Assembly (NCBI GenBank): GCA_964534625.1
Contig: CAZHRF010000044.1
Location: forward strand, 1-25,343
Direction of reading: 5' to 3'
From: an uncultured archaeon
GTDB taxonomy: Archaea; Asgardarchaeota; Heimdallarchaeia; Heimdallarchaeales; Heimdallarchaeaceae
Length of the DNA stretch: 25,343 nt
In this document: positions 8,682-17,670 of the stretch, one piece after another
How positions within the stretch are numbered: position 1 is the stretch's first letter
Layout of the letters: every line of letters starts with the position of its first letter
Made by a program: the position numbers and the translations under genes
Notes under the pieces: generated by a model
The model's input: the letters and a program-made list of their open reading frames with translations, nothing else
What the model was told of the DNA's origin: nothing
Databases searched by the model: none

Positions 8682-10977
8682 AATGAAACAAAGGCAAAAT
8701 AAAAATAATAAACCAGCTTGGTTTTTAATATTTAAGTCAGATTTTTTTACTAGTACTGCTAGGTTTAGAAATAACAGATTAAAACTGCCTATTTTACTGA
8801 TCTCCATAGTTGTTATTTTGTCGTTTTTATTTCGTCTTGCTTTTTCTAGATTTATTCAACTAACAAGTGTGATTATTGAGCCCAATATACAAATTTATTC
8901 TCTTATAGCTGTTTTTTCATATATTATACTCTTTGTTCCTTTAGTCTCACCTTTAGGAAAAGTGTTTTTTGATACATCGGGGTGGAAATATCAAGATTCG
9001 CTAGCTTCCACACCCGTTTATGAACGTGATATGCTTATTGGTGCTTTTCTTTCCAATCTAATATTTTTCTTACCCTTTTATGGTCTATTAGGAACAATTA
9101 TGTTTGCTTTTTTCATAGGAAATGCGTGGGCACCGTGGTATGTTGTTTCCATATTGCTCCTAATTGTCTTATCAGGAATCATTACTTTAGGATTGCTTGT
9201 CGGAACAATTATCACCCCATTAGTTTACACAATGATTGCAAAACAACGTAATGATATCGCTCGTGCCGCAATAACTTTTGCTTTATCACTCTTAATGTTA
9301 GGAGGGATTTTTTTAGCTCTCATCTATTCTAATATTTCCACTCCTGAACAATTGAGATGGGCTGCATTCCTTCCTTCAAGTTTAGCAGCAAATATCATTA
9401 TTTTTGTTTTGTATGGCTATACATATTCTCCTGGAATAATAGCAAGCAGTTCCATCCTTATTGTGATACTGGTTGTATTTATAATCCTGGGCTGGAACTA
9501 TTCAGATAAACTATATGCACTTGATGAAGTATTGGAACAGTCTAAAAAAGAGATAAAACAGAGAAAAAGCGAACAATTACTCTATCTTTCTCTTAGGAAA
9601 GTAGTAGGAGTAGGCATAGCGGAAGCCACGCTTACAAATCTCAAATTGACAGTTAGAGATATAGAAAGTTTAGCAAGATTATGTTTAGGAATCAGTATAA
9701 CAGTTTTTCTTGTATATAGTCTAATGGGTCAGTTAGAAGAATTAGCTATCGATCAAATGTGGGGAGAAATGAATATACAAAATGCCATTATGTTCATTTC
9801 TCTTGCGATTGGAGCGGGTTCAATGGTCTATACAGAAGCTGCTAACTTTATGGTGAGCCATAAAGAACTGTTTGTCTTATACAAAAGTTCACCAAAAGGT
9901 GCATCAACTTTTTTGATAGGTAAATGGATACAAATGGTCTTAGTTCAATGGTTCATGGCTATAGTTTCTATAGTATTTTTACAATTACTAGGGATAGGGA
10001 ATATTTTACACTTATTACAAATGTTAGGTATCCTCGCCTTTAATCTTTTTTGTATGTCTGGACTGGTTATAGGTATATATGCCATTAATCCTACAGACAA
10101 CGAAGAAGATGTTATTAATATGATTAACATGCTCTTCTTCTTTAGTATTGTTTTACTTTTTGCTGGTTTTACTTCCTCACAATTTTTCTTTGAAGGAATT
10201 AGAGGTTGGAAAATTATTCTTCCATATATTTTCGAAGCCTTATTCTCAATTTGTGTTTTTGTATTAGGAATATTAGCCTTAGAACAAATGGATATTGAAA
10301 CGTTAGATTCTCCATTAAGACGAAGTATACTAGTAATTATCTCCTCTACTATTGTTTGGTTAATTAGCTGGATTATTTTTCCAGCAATAATTCTATCATT
10401 TGCAATTTTATTATACAAACCCATTATTGGCTATCTAGGTGCTCTCATTATCCCAATAACTATTCCTTTACTTTCACACAAGAGGAAACAGATCTTTGGT
10501 TCATTAAAACTAGGTAAAAAAAAGATTTTAAGAGCAACAGTTTTTCTAGTGGGAGGCCTTCTTGTTATTTTTTTAGTTAATATGTTTGTAGGAGTTATGA
10601 TTCAAATGAATTTAATCAAAGCCCCAAGCAATTCTATTCAAGACATTAGTGCATTGCTCCCGTCTTTTGGTCAATCTCATAGCCTTATTCTTATTATCTT
10701 GATTAGTATTTTAGTTATTATTGAAGAATTATTCTTTAGAGGATATTTACTAGTAAAACTTCAAAAAAGTTTGTCCGATTGGGTTGTAATAGCAATTACG
10801 AGTACTTTATTTGCGTTACTACATGTACAAGGACTAGCTACACTAATTGTTAGTTTAATAGCAGGAATAGTATTAGCTTATGCTAGAATTAAGACAGAAA
10901 CATTAATTGTTCCTATAGGTATCCATTACATCTATAATATAACTCTCTTTCTCCTACTTTTACGAAATACACTCTAG
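8671..10977 (+). CDS. ABC-type permease fused to a C-terminal CPBP (Rce1/Abi-type CAAX) intramembrane protease
   Basis: Two permease-like multi-TM halves, then IIEELFFRGY, LFALLH and IHYIYN motifs (EExxxR, FxxxH, HxxxN); overlaps the ATPase stop codon. Confidence 0.8.
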   Translation: MKNEMKQRQNKNNKPAWFLIFKSDFFTSTARFRNNRLKLPILLISIVVILSFLFRLAFSRFIQLTSVIIEPNIQIYSLIAVFSYIILFVPLVSPLGKVFFDTSGWKYQDSLASTPVYERDMLIGAFLSNLIFFLPFYGLLGTIMFAFFIGNAWAPWYVVSILLLIVLSGIITLGLLVGTIITPLVYTMIAKQRNDIARAAITFALSLLMLGGIFLALIYSNISTPEQLRWAAFLPSSLAANIIIFVLYGYTYSPGIIASSSILIVILVVFIILGWNYSDKLYALDEVLEQSKKEIKQRKSEQLLYLSLRKVVGVGIAEATLTNLKLTVRDIESLARLCLGISITVFLVYSLMGQLEELAIDQMWGEMNIQNAIMFISLAIGAGSMVYTEAANFMVSHKELFVLYKSSPKGASTFLIGKWIQMVLVQWFMAIVSIVFLQLLGIGNILHLLQMLGILAFNLFCMSGLVIGIYAINPTDNEEDVINMINMLFFFSIVLLFAGFTSSQFFFEGIRGWKIILPYIFEALFSICVFVLGILALEQMDIETLDSPLRRSILVIISSTIVWLISWIIFPAIILSFAILLYKPIIGYLGALIIPITIPLLSHKRKQIFGSLKLGKKKILRATVFLVGGLLVIFLVNMFVGVMIQMNLIKAPSNSIQDISALLPSFGQSHSLILIILISILVIIEELFFRGYLLVKLQKSLSDWVVIAITSTLFALLHVQGLATLIVSLIAGIVLAYARIKTETLIVPIGIHYIYNITLFLLLLRNTL

Positions 10978-10981
10978 TTAC

Positions 10982-11224
10982 CTAACATTTGAAAGTTACG
11001 ATGCTATTGTCTAATTCTTGACACAACTCTTTATCAGCTATATCATTAAGCATTTGTACAGCCTGATCTAAAGATGTTGTATATATCTTTTTACTAGGAT
11101 CAAGGAAAAGTCTCACTCTATATATTGATTCATCAACTAAGATAATTTGGCCACATTTATGAGCTAATATTATTTTTTCATTAATAGATGGTAAACTTCT
11201 TTTCTTATTCAGATCAAGTCTCAT
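10982..11224 (-). CDS. Hypothetical protein (80 aa)
   Basis: Non-overlapping ORF with globular-looking composition; no recognisable motif. Confidence 0.5.
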   Translation of the reverse strand: MRLDLNKKRSLPSINEKIILAHKCGQIILVDESIYRVRLFLDPSKKIYTTSLDQAVQMLNDIADKELCQELDNSIVTFKC

Positions 11225-11268
11225 GCTTTATTGATTACATGATTATTTTTAAACCAATCAAAAAAAAA

Positions 11269-11368
11269 CACGAAGTTCAAAGTTCATCTCAGTAAACTTT
11301 TTTTCGATGGTTTAAGCATATTTAGCTGTCCATATATTTCTCAAGTGAGATGAACTCTAAGGTCTATG
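11269..11368. mobile_element. ~100-bp MITE-like element, copy A
   Basis: Imperfect terminal inverted repeats with a perfect inner arm AGTTCATCTCA (11281-11291) / TGAGATGAACT (11346-11356), CA...TG ends and A-tracts on both sides; its reverse complement aligns with 17503-17601. Confidence 0.6.
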
Positions 11369-11426
11369 AAAAAAATTCAAGAAGAACTTAAGATTTAAAT
11401 TAGCAAAACTCTATAGTATATTAATT

Positions 11427-12134
11427 ATGCCTTTTAAATCGCCAAAAAAAGATACAAAATCTTGTACTAACCTTAACCATGACGAAGGTGCTATAATTAA
11501 TATTGAAGAACAAATTGATAATTTCCGAGATATTGCTAAATACAATTCAACATTTATTAAAGAAGGAAAAATCTATCGCTCAGCTGCCTTATTATGCTGT
11601 CAAAATCCATCTTTAATTATGAGTTTAAAAACTTTAAAAATTAATACGATTATTGACGTGAGAAGTGAAATAGAAATTAGGCAAGAAGCATATGAAGATG
11701 AATTCGTTAGTAGTTTTGATTATCATTGGGTGCCTTTTGATTTAGCATTCAGGGAAGAACTAATCGTAAAAGAAAAAAAAGACCAGTTGGATTTTTACAA
11801 GCAATTTATCTGGTATATATTAAACTATAATGAAAAAAAATTACTTAAAATATTTAGAATTCTCTCAGACTCCTCTAAATATCCAATAATAATTCATTGC
11901 CACGCTGGAAGAGATAGAACAGGCATAGTAGTCAGTTTAGTTCTTTTATTATTGGGAGCGGATAAAAAAAATATAATCCAAGATTATCTTGTATCAGACG
12001 AGACTACACGTAAGGAAGATATCGAGTTTTTATTTTCTGAGATTGAAAATCATGGTTCAGTAAGAAATTATCTTGAAAAAATAGGCATAAATAGCGAACA
12101 GCAAGAAAAAATTATTAGAATATTGAAGTGCTAA
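11427..12134 (+). CDS. Tyrosine-protein phosphatase (Y_phosphatase3/IphP-like)
   Basis: NFRD, IYRSA, IIDVRS..E, catalytic P-loop HCHAGRDRTG and DYLVS. Confidence 0.92.
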   Translation: MPFKSPKKDTKSCTNLNHDEGAIINIEEQIDNFRDIAKYNSTFIKEGKIYRSAALLCCQNPSLIMSLKTLKINTIIDVRSEIEIRQEAYEDEFVSSFDYHWVPFDLAFREELIVKEKKDQLDFYKQFIWYILNYNEKKLLKIFRILSDSSKYPIIIHCHAGRDRTGIVVSLVLLLLGADKKNIIQDYLVSDETTRKEDIEFLFSEIENHGSVRNYLEKIGINSEQQEKIIRILKC

Positions 12135-12349
12135 TAGTTTAATCAAAAAAAATGAAGCCTAATAGATCCGTTTTGTTCATTTAGAACGAAGAAAGCTAGG
12201 ACAAAACGAATATGGAAAACACAAAAGTGTACGTTAAGAGAAATTTTTTAATGATAGTTCATTGTTCTTTCTTGATTGTACTTGAATGGCAAGTGGAATA
12301 ACTTTATGTCCCGATTCCGTTCCGTTAACATAGTATAGAGCGATTAGAA

Positions 12350-13630
12350 ATGGAAAAACAAGAAGACACTTCTATAAAAGCGTATTTATTAAACATCAAA
12401 CAGCATTCAAACATAACAACTACTTCAATAATTTTTATTTTTATTTTATCCGCATTAGTAAGCGCAGCATCATTTATATCGAGATTATTTATAGAATTAT
12501 ATGCGGTAATAATTGGTTCATCAGCTTTTGCTATCTCAATAATTACATCAAGCAGAAATCTTGTTCAACTCTCTTTTCAATCTACTTTTGGTAGGATCTC
12601 TGATCGTCTTGGGCGTAAGAAACTAATGGTTGGGGGGTTAATTATTTCAGGTATATCGTTAGGTTTATTTTCATTAATACAAAATCAATGGATCTTAGTT
12701 GGCGGAGTGTTCTTTTTTTCAATTGGTTTTGCTTCATATTATCCATCATTTACTGCTCTTCAAGGTGACTTAACTTCAAAGGAAAATAGAGCGAGTTTTA
12801 TCTCCCTTATTACACTTATTGGAGCTTTTGGAACAATTACCGCATTACTACTCACAGGTGTAATAGGTGCTAAGGGAGAAACAGAATTAGAACAATATTC
12901 TATAATTTTACGAATTATTGGGGGATTGTTTATTTTCACTGCTATAGTTGCACTTCTATTTGATGAACCCGAAACAAAAAGACTGAAGGATAAACAAGTA
13001 TTTAGCTTTACACCGTTTCGTCAAAACAGTAGATATCGAAAATTTATAATTATAAATTGTGTTATGTTCTTTTCTATGTCCATGGGGTGGCCCATTTATG
13101 GTTTTGTTAGAGCTTTTTACGCTACAGCACAAGAGAACACATATATTTGGGCCGTGTTTAGCGGTTGCCAAATTATAACTCTTTTAATTGTGCAGAAAGC
13201 CATCGATAAAATCCCAAGAGAAAAATTACTGTTTTTTGGAAGAGTTTTCATGTTCTTTATTCCACTAAACTTAGCAATAACTATATTGTGGTTTCCATAT
13301 TGGTGGCAAATAGCTTTGGGATCAGCTGTGAGTGGAATAAGTAATGCTTTATTTTTAGTTTCGCAAAATGCTTATATTTTAGACCTAGCACCTGAGGATA
13401 AAAAAGGAACATATATGGGTCTTTTCAATTTTTTTATTGGAATAGCTACGTTTTTTGGTAGCCTATTGATGGGTATGATCGCAGATCTTCTCTTTATATA
13501 TTTTGAAAAATGGTCTGTAATTATCCTGTTATTATTCGTTGTTACATGTGCCAGGTTTCTTTCATCATTAGGTTATTTAACAATCAAGCCACCTACAACT
13601 GAAGAAAAAGACAGAGAAGACAAAAAATAA
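12350..13630 (+). CDS. MFS transporter
   Basis: About 12 TM helices; motif A GRISDRLGRKK. Confidence 0.93.
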   Translation: MEKQEDTSIKAYLLNIKQHSNITTTSIIFIFILSALVSAASFISRLFIELYAVIIGSSAFAISIITSSRNLVQLSFQSTFGRISDRLGRKKLMVGGLIISGISLGLFSLIQNQWILVGGVFFFSIGFASYYPSFTALQGDLTSKENRASFISLITLIGAFGTITALLLTGVIGAKGETELEQYSIILRIIGGLFIFTAIVALLFDEPETKRLKDKQVFSFTPFRQNSRYRKFIIINCVMFFSMSMGWPIYGFVRAFYATAQENTYIWAVFSGCQIITLLIVQKAIDKIPREKLLFFGRVFMFFIPLNLAITILWFPYWWQIALGSAVSGISNALFLVSQNAYILDLAPEDKKGTYMGLFNFFIGIATFFGSLLMGMIADLLFIYFEKWSVIILLLFVVTCARFLSSLGYLTIKPPTTEEKDREDKK

Positions 13631-13669
13631 AAAAACAAAAAATACCTATTTTTCTTCAATTATATAATT

Positions 13670-14086
13670 TCAGATACCGAAATGTTTTGCTACTAGTTGT
13701 TTACTTGGAGCATACACTCTACTGTCACCATTCCACTCTAAAAGAAATGGTTCAAAGAAAGTTTCAAATTCATCAATGAATTCACGCATTTTGTTTCGTG
13801 TAATCTTAAGATCTTTTGTTGCAATCAAAGCAAGTCTAATGAGTTCACCTTCTTCTAAGAGTATAGCATGTTTTTCTTGTTGGATCACACCGAGTTTCTT
13901 ATCACGAGTAATTTCATTGATGAGTTTCGTAATCCCAATTAGTGCACCACCGACTAGAACATAATCTTTCTCTCCAAAGTTTTGGTAATCTGGTTGGTCT
14001 TCTAGATCTTGAAGCGGTTGACTGTATAAGGTTAAACCTCCACTTGACAAAACTAGGAGATGTTGTAAAGAATTTCGCCATTCCAT
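13670..14086 (-). CDS. Longin-like domain protein (Asgard-type)
   Basis: LLVLSSGGLTLYS beta-hairpin, LVGGALIGITKLINEI helix, beta strands and MREFIDEFETFF...W.G....F terminal helices. Confidence 0.75.
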   Translation of the reverse strand: MEWRNSLQHLLVLSSGGLTLYSQPLQDLEDQPDYQNFGEKDYVLVGGALIGITKLINEITRDKKLGVIQQEKHAILLEEGELIRLALIATKDLKITRNKMREFIDEFETFFEPFLLEWNGDSRVYAPSKQLVAKHFGI

Positions 14087-14296
14087 TTCTTCTTTAGAAG
14101 GTAAAGGCTCATCAATACCAATAGTGATAATAGTGGCAATAGTAACATGTTATAATAAGATAATTCGATTTGTTTATAAACTATTAGTTAGTAAAAGGTT
14201 CATTTGATAATTGAGCTATTCTCAAATTATTAAAGACATTCACACAGATCTAAATTCAAATGCAAGTGTTTATATAGCACGGGGAAATTAACATCA

Positions 14297-14314
14297 TAAC
14301 CACTATAGTGGTTA
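14297..14314. promoter_or_regulatory. Perfect 18-bp palindromic operator
   Basis: TAACCACTATAGTGGTTA between the TATA box (TTTATATA, 14269-14276) and ATG 14331. Confidence 0.55.
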
Positions 14315-14330
14315 ATTGTAAGGTATTACT

Positions 14331-15623
14331 ATGAAGGGTAATGAAGCGTATTGTATAAATTGTGGTAATAAAATTGTAGGTGGAGCAATATATTGTCATA
14401 AATGTGGTACAAGAATAGAAAGCAATATGAAAACAAAAAACGACATACAAGAAAAGCAGATTCAGAAAAAAATAGGAGCGACCTATCCTCAAGAAAAAGC
14501 AGAGTATCTTCAACCACAACAAAGACACCAGCAGATAGATTCTGGTTCCAAGTCATTTACTTCCAAAACGGGTTATATAATTGCGGGATCTATAGGTGCA
14601 TTATTAATAATCGGAATGATTCTAACACCACTTATTCTCATGAATATATTTGGTTCTATGCGTTTTGTATATTTGGATACACAGACATTTATGGTCGATC
14701 AAACAGCTAATTTTACATCTGTAGACTTCATTATGAAAAACGATCTAGGAAAAATTGATGTGGAATATGATGAAACACTTGATTCGTTACTTACAGGTAC
14801 AATTGTTGTGTATGGTAAAGAACAAGCTGATCTAAATAAAATTCAGAACATTCAAATTACAAATACATCAAGCAAATTCATAGTTAAATTCCAAAGTGGG
14901 GACATAAGTCACTTCTTTATGAATAAAGACGTTTTTTCATATGATATCAGTCTAACTATTAATCCAATAGCTATATGTAATTTTACTCTAGAGGCAACTA
15001 CGGGAAGAATTGAAGTTAACTTATCTGGAGGAAATAACTTAACTATTTCAAATATGCATATGCAATCCACTACTGGCGAAATATCCGTTAGATCTGGAAA
15101 TGCAGTTAATGTCTCTATTTCTAGAATGAACATGCAAACAACAACAGGAAAAAATGTGTTAGATTTTGAGGGTGCTTCGGAATTTACTCTTCAAGAATCT
15201 CTAATAATAAAGGCTACAACAGGAAAAATAAGGGTAGATTTAGGTAACAAAACTACCATGGATATGTCCTCTGTAGATGTTACTACTAGTACAGGCAATA
15301 TTGATCTCCATTATTCTAATCTTCTCTTAACAGCAGATATTAGATGGAATATTGTTGCTACTACAGGAGATATAACTGTTTCAATCACCCAACAAATTAT
15401 TCTCTCTCAAAACATCACTCAGCAATGGTTTATAGCTGCATCAACAGGATCAATAGATATCGAATGTGATTTTTCAGATGAAATTGGATATATGTTCGAT
15501 GCAGATACTGATACAGGCAATGTTTCTGTTCCATCAGATTCAGTTAATTACGAAACTGACTCAAATAAATTTTTCTTTGAATTGAAGTGCTCAACTGGTG
15601 ATATTTCAGTCAATGTTAATTAA
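14331..15623 (+). CDS. Zinc-ribbon + TM + DUF4097 (Toastrack) beta-repeat protein
   Basis: YCINCG...YCHKCG ribbon, a single TM helix and many TTG-x-I repeats. Confidence 0.82.
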   Translation: MKGNEAYCINCGNKIVGGAIYCHKCGTRIESNMKTKNDIQEKQIQKKIGATYPQEKAEYLQPQQRHQQIDSGSKSFTSKTGYIIAGSIGALLIIGMILTPLILMNIFGSMRFVYLDTQTFMVDQTANFTSVDFIMKNDLGKIDVEYDETLDSLLTGTIVVYGKEQADLNKIQNIQITNTSSKFIVKFQSGDISHFFMNKDVFSYDISLTINPIAICNFTLEATTGRIEVNLSGGNNLTISNMHMQSTTGEISVRSGNAVNVSISRMNMQTTTGKNVLDFEGASEFTLQESLIIKATTGKIRVDLGNKTTMDMSSVDVTTSTGNIDLHYSNLLLTADIRWNIVATTGDITVSITQQIILSQNITQQWFIAASTGSIDIECDFSDEIGYMFDADTDTGNVSVPSDSVNYETDSNKFFFELKCSTGDISVNVN

Positions 15624-15694
15624 GAGAATAAATTTAAAAAAAGTGAGGTAACTCACATATTCCAATTAAAGAATAATTTAACATGATCCTTTAC

Positions 15695-16813
15695 TTATTT
15701 TCTATATTTTTTTAACGTTGTTTGTAAAGGATTTAGACAAACATAATCTTTTGTCAATTTCCAGCTATGACTAAGTTCATCAAAATTATTTGGGTAAAAT
15801 TGATATCTAATACTATTATAGCCTATTGTATCAACATTTAACACTTTTAACTTTTCGGTTACATAATTCAAACTATAAATCAATTGTGCCTCGTGATATT
15901 GGGGTAATGAAACGAATAACAGTATATGTTTTTTTCCATCTTGATCGATGAATATTTCTATATGAAACCTGAATGGTGGTCGTTTATCTGGATCAACAAA
16001 CACATTATAGCATTTGAATAAGTTTTCTGTATTTTCAAATGACAAGAGTAAGATTTTATTACTAGTTATATTAAAGAATCTTCTATCAATATTGGCAAAA
16101 TATCCAGTAAGAACGTTTTCTTTTAAGAAATGTATTCTTCGCCATATCTCTGTGGTATCGGTTTCAAGTTCTTTTGCTATCTGTCTTTGCGATATATCTG
16201 CATTTGTTGTCAGTTTATGTAGTATTTTGAAGTCAATTGGCTTCATTTTCGCTAAAACATTTTTACGAACGCTTGGAACTGTAGCATCGTGTGCTTTTTT
16301 CAGTGATTCCAAAAAGTTGTGCCAGTCAAAATCCCATTCGAAGCTGGAAAGTGACAAATCATCTAAGTTTATACTTAATGTTTTACGTATACTTGTCGAT
16401 TTATATATGAAATATGTGGTAATTATACCTTTGTCTTTCAATTCAGAATAAAAAGATTCTAACAGATAATTATCTTTACTTGGATAATTAAACTGGGCGT
16501 ATATACCTAGTTTAGTTCCATAGAGCCGTGATCTTTGATAAGTATAAGGGTGATTTCTTAGAGCTTCTTCAATAATAGGAAAACTATCAGGAGAAGGGAT
16601 ATAAGATAAAACCACATAACGAGTTAATCCAATAGCATGAGGATCATACTGTACGCTATTACCACGATAAATGCCGGCTTCTTGCAACTTTTCAACCCTA
16701 CGTTTAGCAGTAGGCGCAGTAAAATTAAATTTACGTGCAATAGCAGCATAAGTAATAGTAGGATTGTTTTGCAGTAGCAATAACAATTGATAATCTTCAT
16801 GACTTAGTTCCAT
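15695..16813 (-). CDS. Tandem (double) Lrp/AsnC-family winged-HTH transcriptional regulator
   Basis: Two Lrp-type HTHs (ITYAAIARKFNFTAPTAKRRVEKL and ISQRQIAKELETDTTEIWRRIHFL), each followed by an alpha/beta effector-like domain. Confidence 0.85.
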   Translation of the reverse strand: MELSHEDYQLLLLLQNNPTITYAAIARKFNFTAPTAKRRVEKLQEAGIYRGNSVQYDPHAIGLTRYVVLSYIPSPDSFPIIEEALRNHPYTYQRSRLYGTKLGIYAQFNYPSKDNYLLESFYSELKDKGIITTYFIYKSTSIRKTLSINLDDLSLSSFEWDFDWHNFLESLKKAHDATVPSVRKNVLAKMKPIDFKILHKLTTNADISQRQIAKELETDTTEIWRRIHFLKENVLTGYFANIDRRFFNITSNKILLLSFENTENLFKCYNVFVDPDKRPPFRFHIEIFIDQDGKKHILLFVSLPQYHEAQLIYSLNYVTEKLKVLNVDTIGYNSIRYQFYPNNFDELSHSWKLTKDYVCLNPLQTTLKKYRK

Positions 16814-16865
16814 TCTTACATCACAGTTTTAGCTCTCTTCAGCTTTCCACATATTCATTGAAAGT

Positions 16866-16886
16866 TAGATGGTAGGCCAGCATCTA
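16866..16886. terminator. Short stem-loop downstream of the 166-aa gene
   Basis: TAGATG-N9-CATCTA about 14 nt after the stop codon at 16900. Confidence 0.3.
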
Positions 16887-16899
16887 TTTTATTTATTGA

Positions 16900-17400
16900 T
16901 TACACACGGATTAACGATACAAAAGGTTCTGCATCGGGTTCTTCTTCTGTTGGAGGATCAAATATTAAATTAGTATGGTCATAAAGTACAGATGAGTGCA
17001 TCAAATAGAAATGAACCGATACTTCGTAATCTCCTGGAGTATAAGCATGGTTCCAGAAAATGATTTCAAAGGTCATTTCTGAACTGAAGGTCAGAACTCT
17101 GTATCCATAACTCCACACATCGCCATTTGGCAATATTAAATCGATATACATTTCATATTTTTTTCTAGTGATTGCATCAGTAACGGTGACATTTAGATAG
17201 CAACGAACGTCATCTTCATTACCATCCCCATCATAGTCGCCGTATGAACCATCAAAGAGTTTAAGGGACATAATATCACTATAGCTGCCATCAGTTGCAT
17301 CTAATACCCTCCTAGCAGAAGATAATAGAGATGTGGTACCTGAAAGTAAGCCAATAAAAATTAAGACAAGAAGAGTAAACTTAAGCGCTTTTTTATTCAT
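16900..17400 (-). CDS. Secreted beta-rich protein with a DxDxDG Ca-binding-like motif
   Basis: Signal peptide, DYDGDGNEDD, beta-strand pattern and an acidic FDPP tail. Confidence 0.72.
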   Translation of the reverse strand: MNKKALKFTLLVLIFIGLLSGTTSLLSSARRVLDATDGSYSDIMSLKLFDGSYGDYDGDGNEDDVRCYLNVTVTDAITRKKYEMYIDLILPNGDVWSYGYRVLTFSSEMTFEIIFWNHAYTPGDYEVSVHFYLMHSSVLYDHTNLIFDPPTEEEPDAEPFVSLIRV

Positions 17401-17502
17401 CGATAATACATATACGACATAGTAATATAAAGATTGTGTGACAGAGTAAGAAAATTAGCACCAATATTTTATTTTGTTGCAAATACACTTTCAGTAAAAA
17501 AA

Positions 17503-17601
17503 CATGAACCGTAGAGTTCATCTTACCTAACAAAAATATAATTAGCTAAGTATGACTAGCAGAGTTTGAAAATGACAATTAAATGAACATTGAAGTTCAT
17601 G
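17503..17601. mobile_element. ~100-bp MITE-like element, copy B (inverted relative to copy A)
   Basis: CATGAACCGTAGAGTTCAT ... ATGAACATTGAAGTTCATG termini with A7/A6 flanks; homologous to the reverse complement of 11269-11368. Confidence 0.6.
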
Positions 17602-17631
17602 AAAAAATGATTTAATACATATAAAAGATCT

Positions 17632-17670
17632 GTAAGGCATTTATTAATTTGGGCAAAAATTTTGCCTTAC
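17632..17670 (-). terminator. Inverted repeat at the 3' end of the multi-HTH gene
   Basis: GTAAGGCA...TGCCTTAC with nested GGCAAAA-A-TTTTGCC, overlapping the stop codon. Confidence 0.35.

Noticed and set aside
11269-11368. tRNA or integron attC interpretation of the repeated element
   Set aside because: No cloverleaf or T-arm in the correct position; no RYYYAAC/GTTRRRY cores, no integrase and no co-oriented cassette array
10982-12134. Both ORFs next to the CPBP protease end in Lys-Cys (possible lipidation substrates)
   Set aside because: Not CaaX, CC or CxC motifs; probably coincidence
12169-12208. SECIS element / selenocysteine recoding
   Set aside because: No in-frame UGA at a Cys position in neighbouring genes, and no SECIS core motif
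14198-14265. Possible third copy of the ~100-bp element (GTTCATTTGA...TCAAATG)
   Set aside because: Only a short core match; the spacing, outer termini and central motif do not fit
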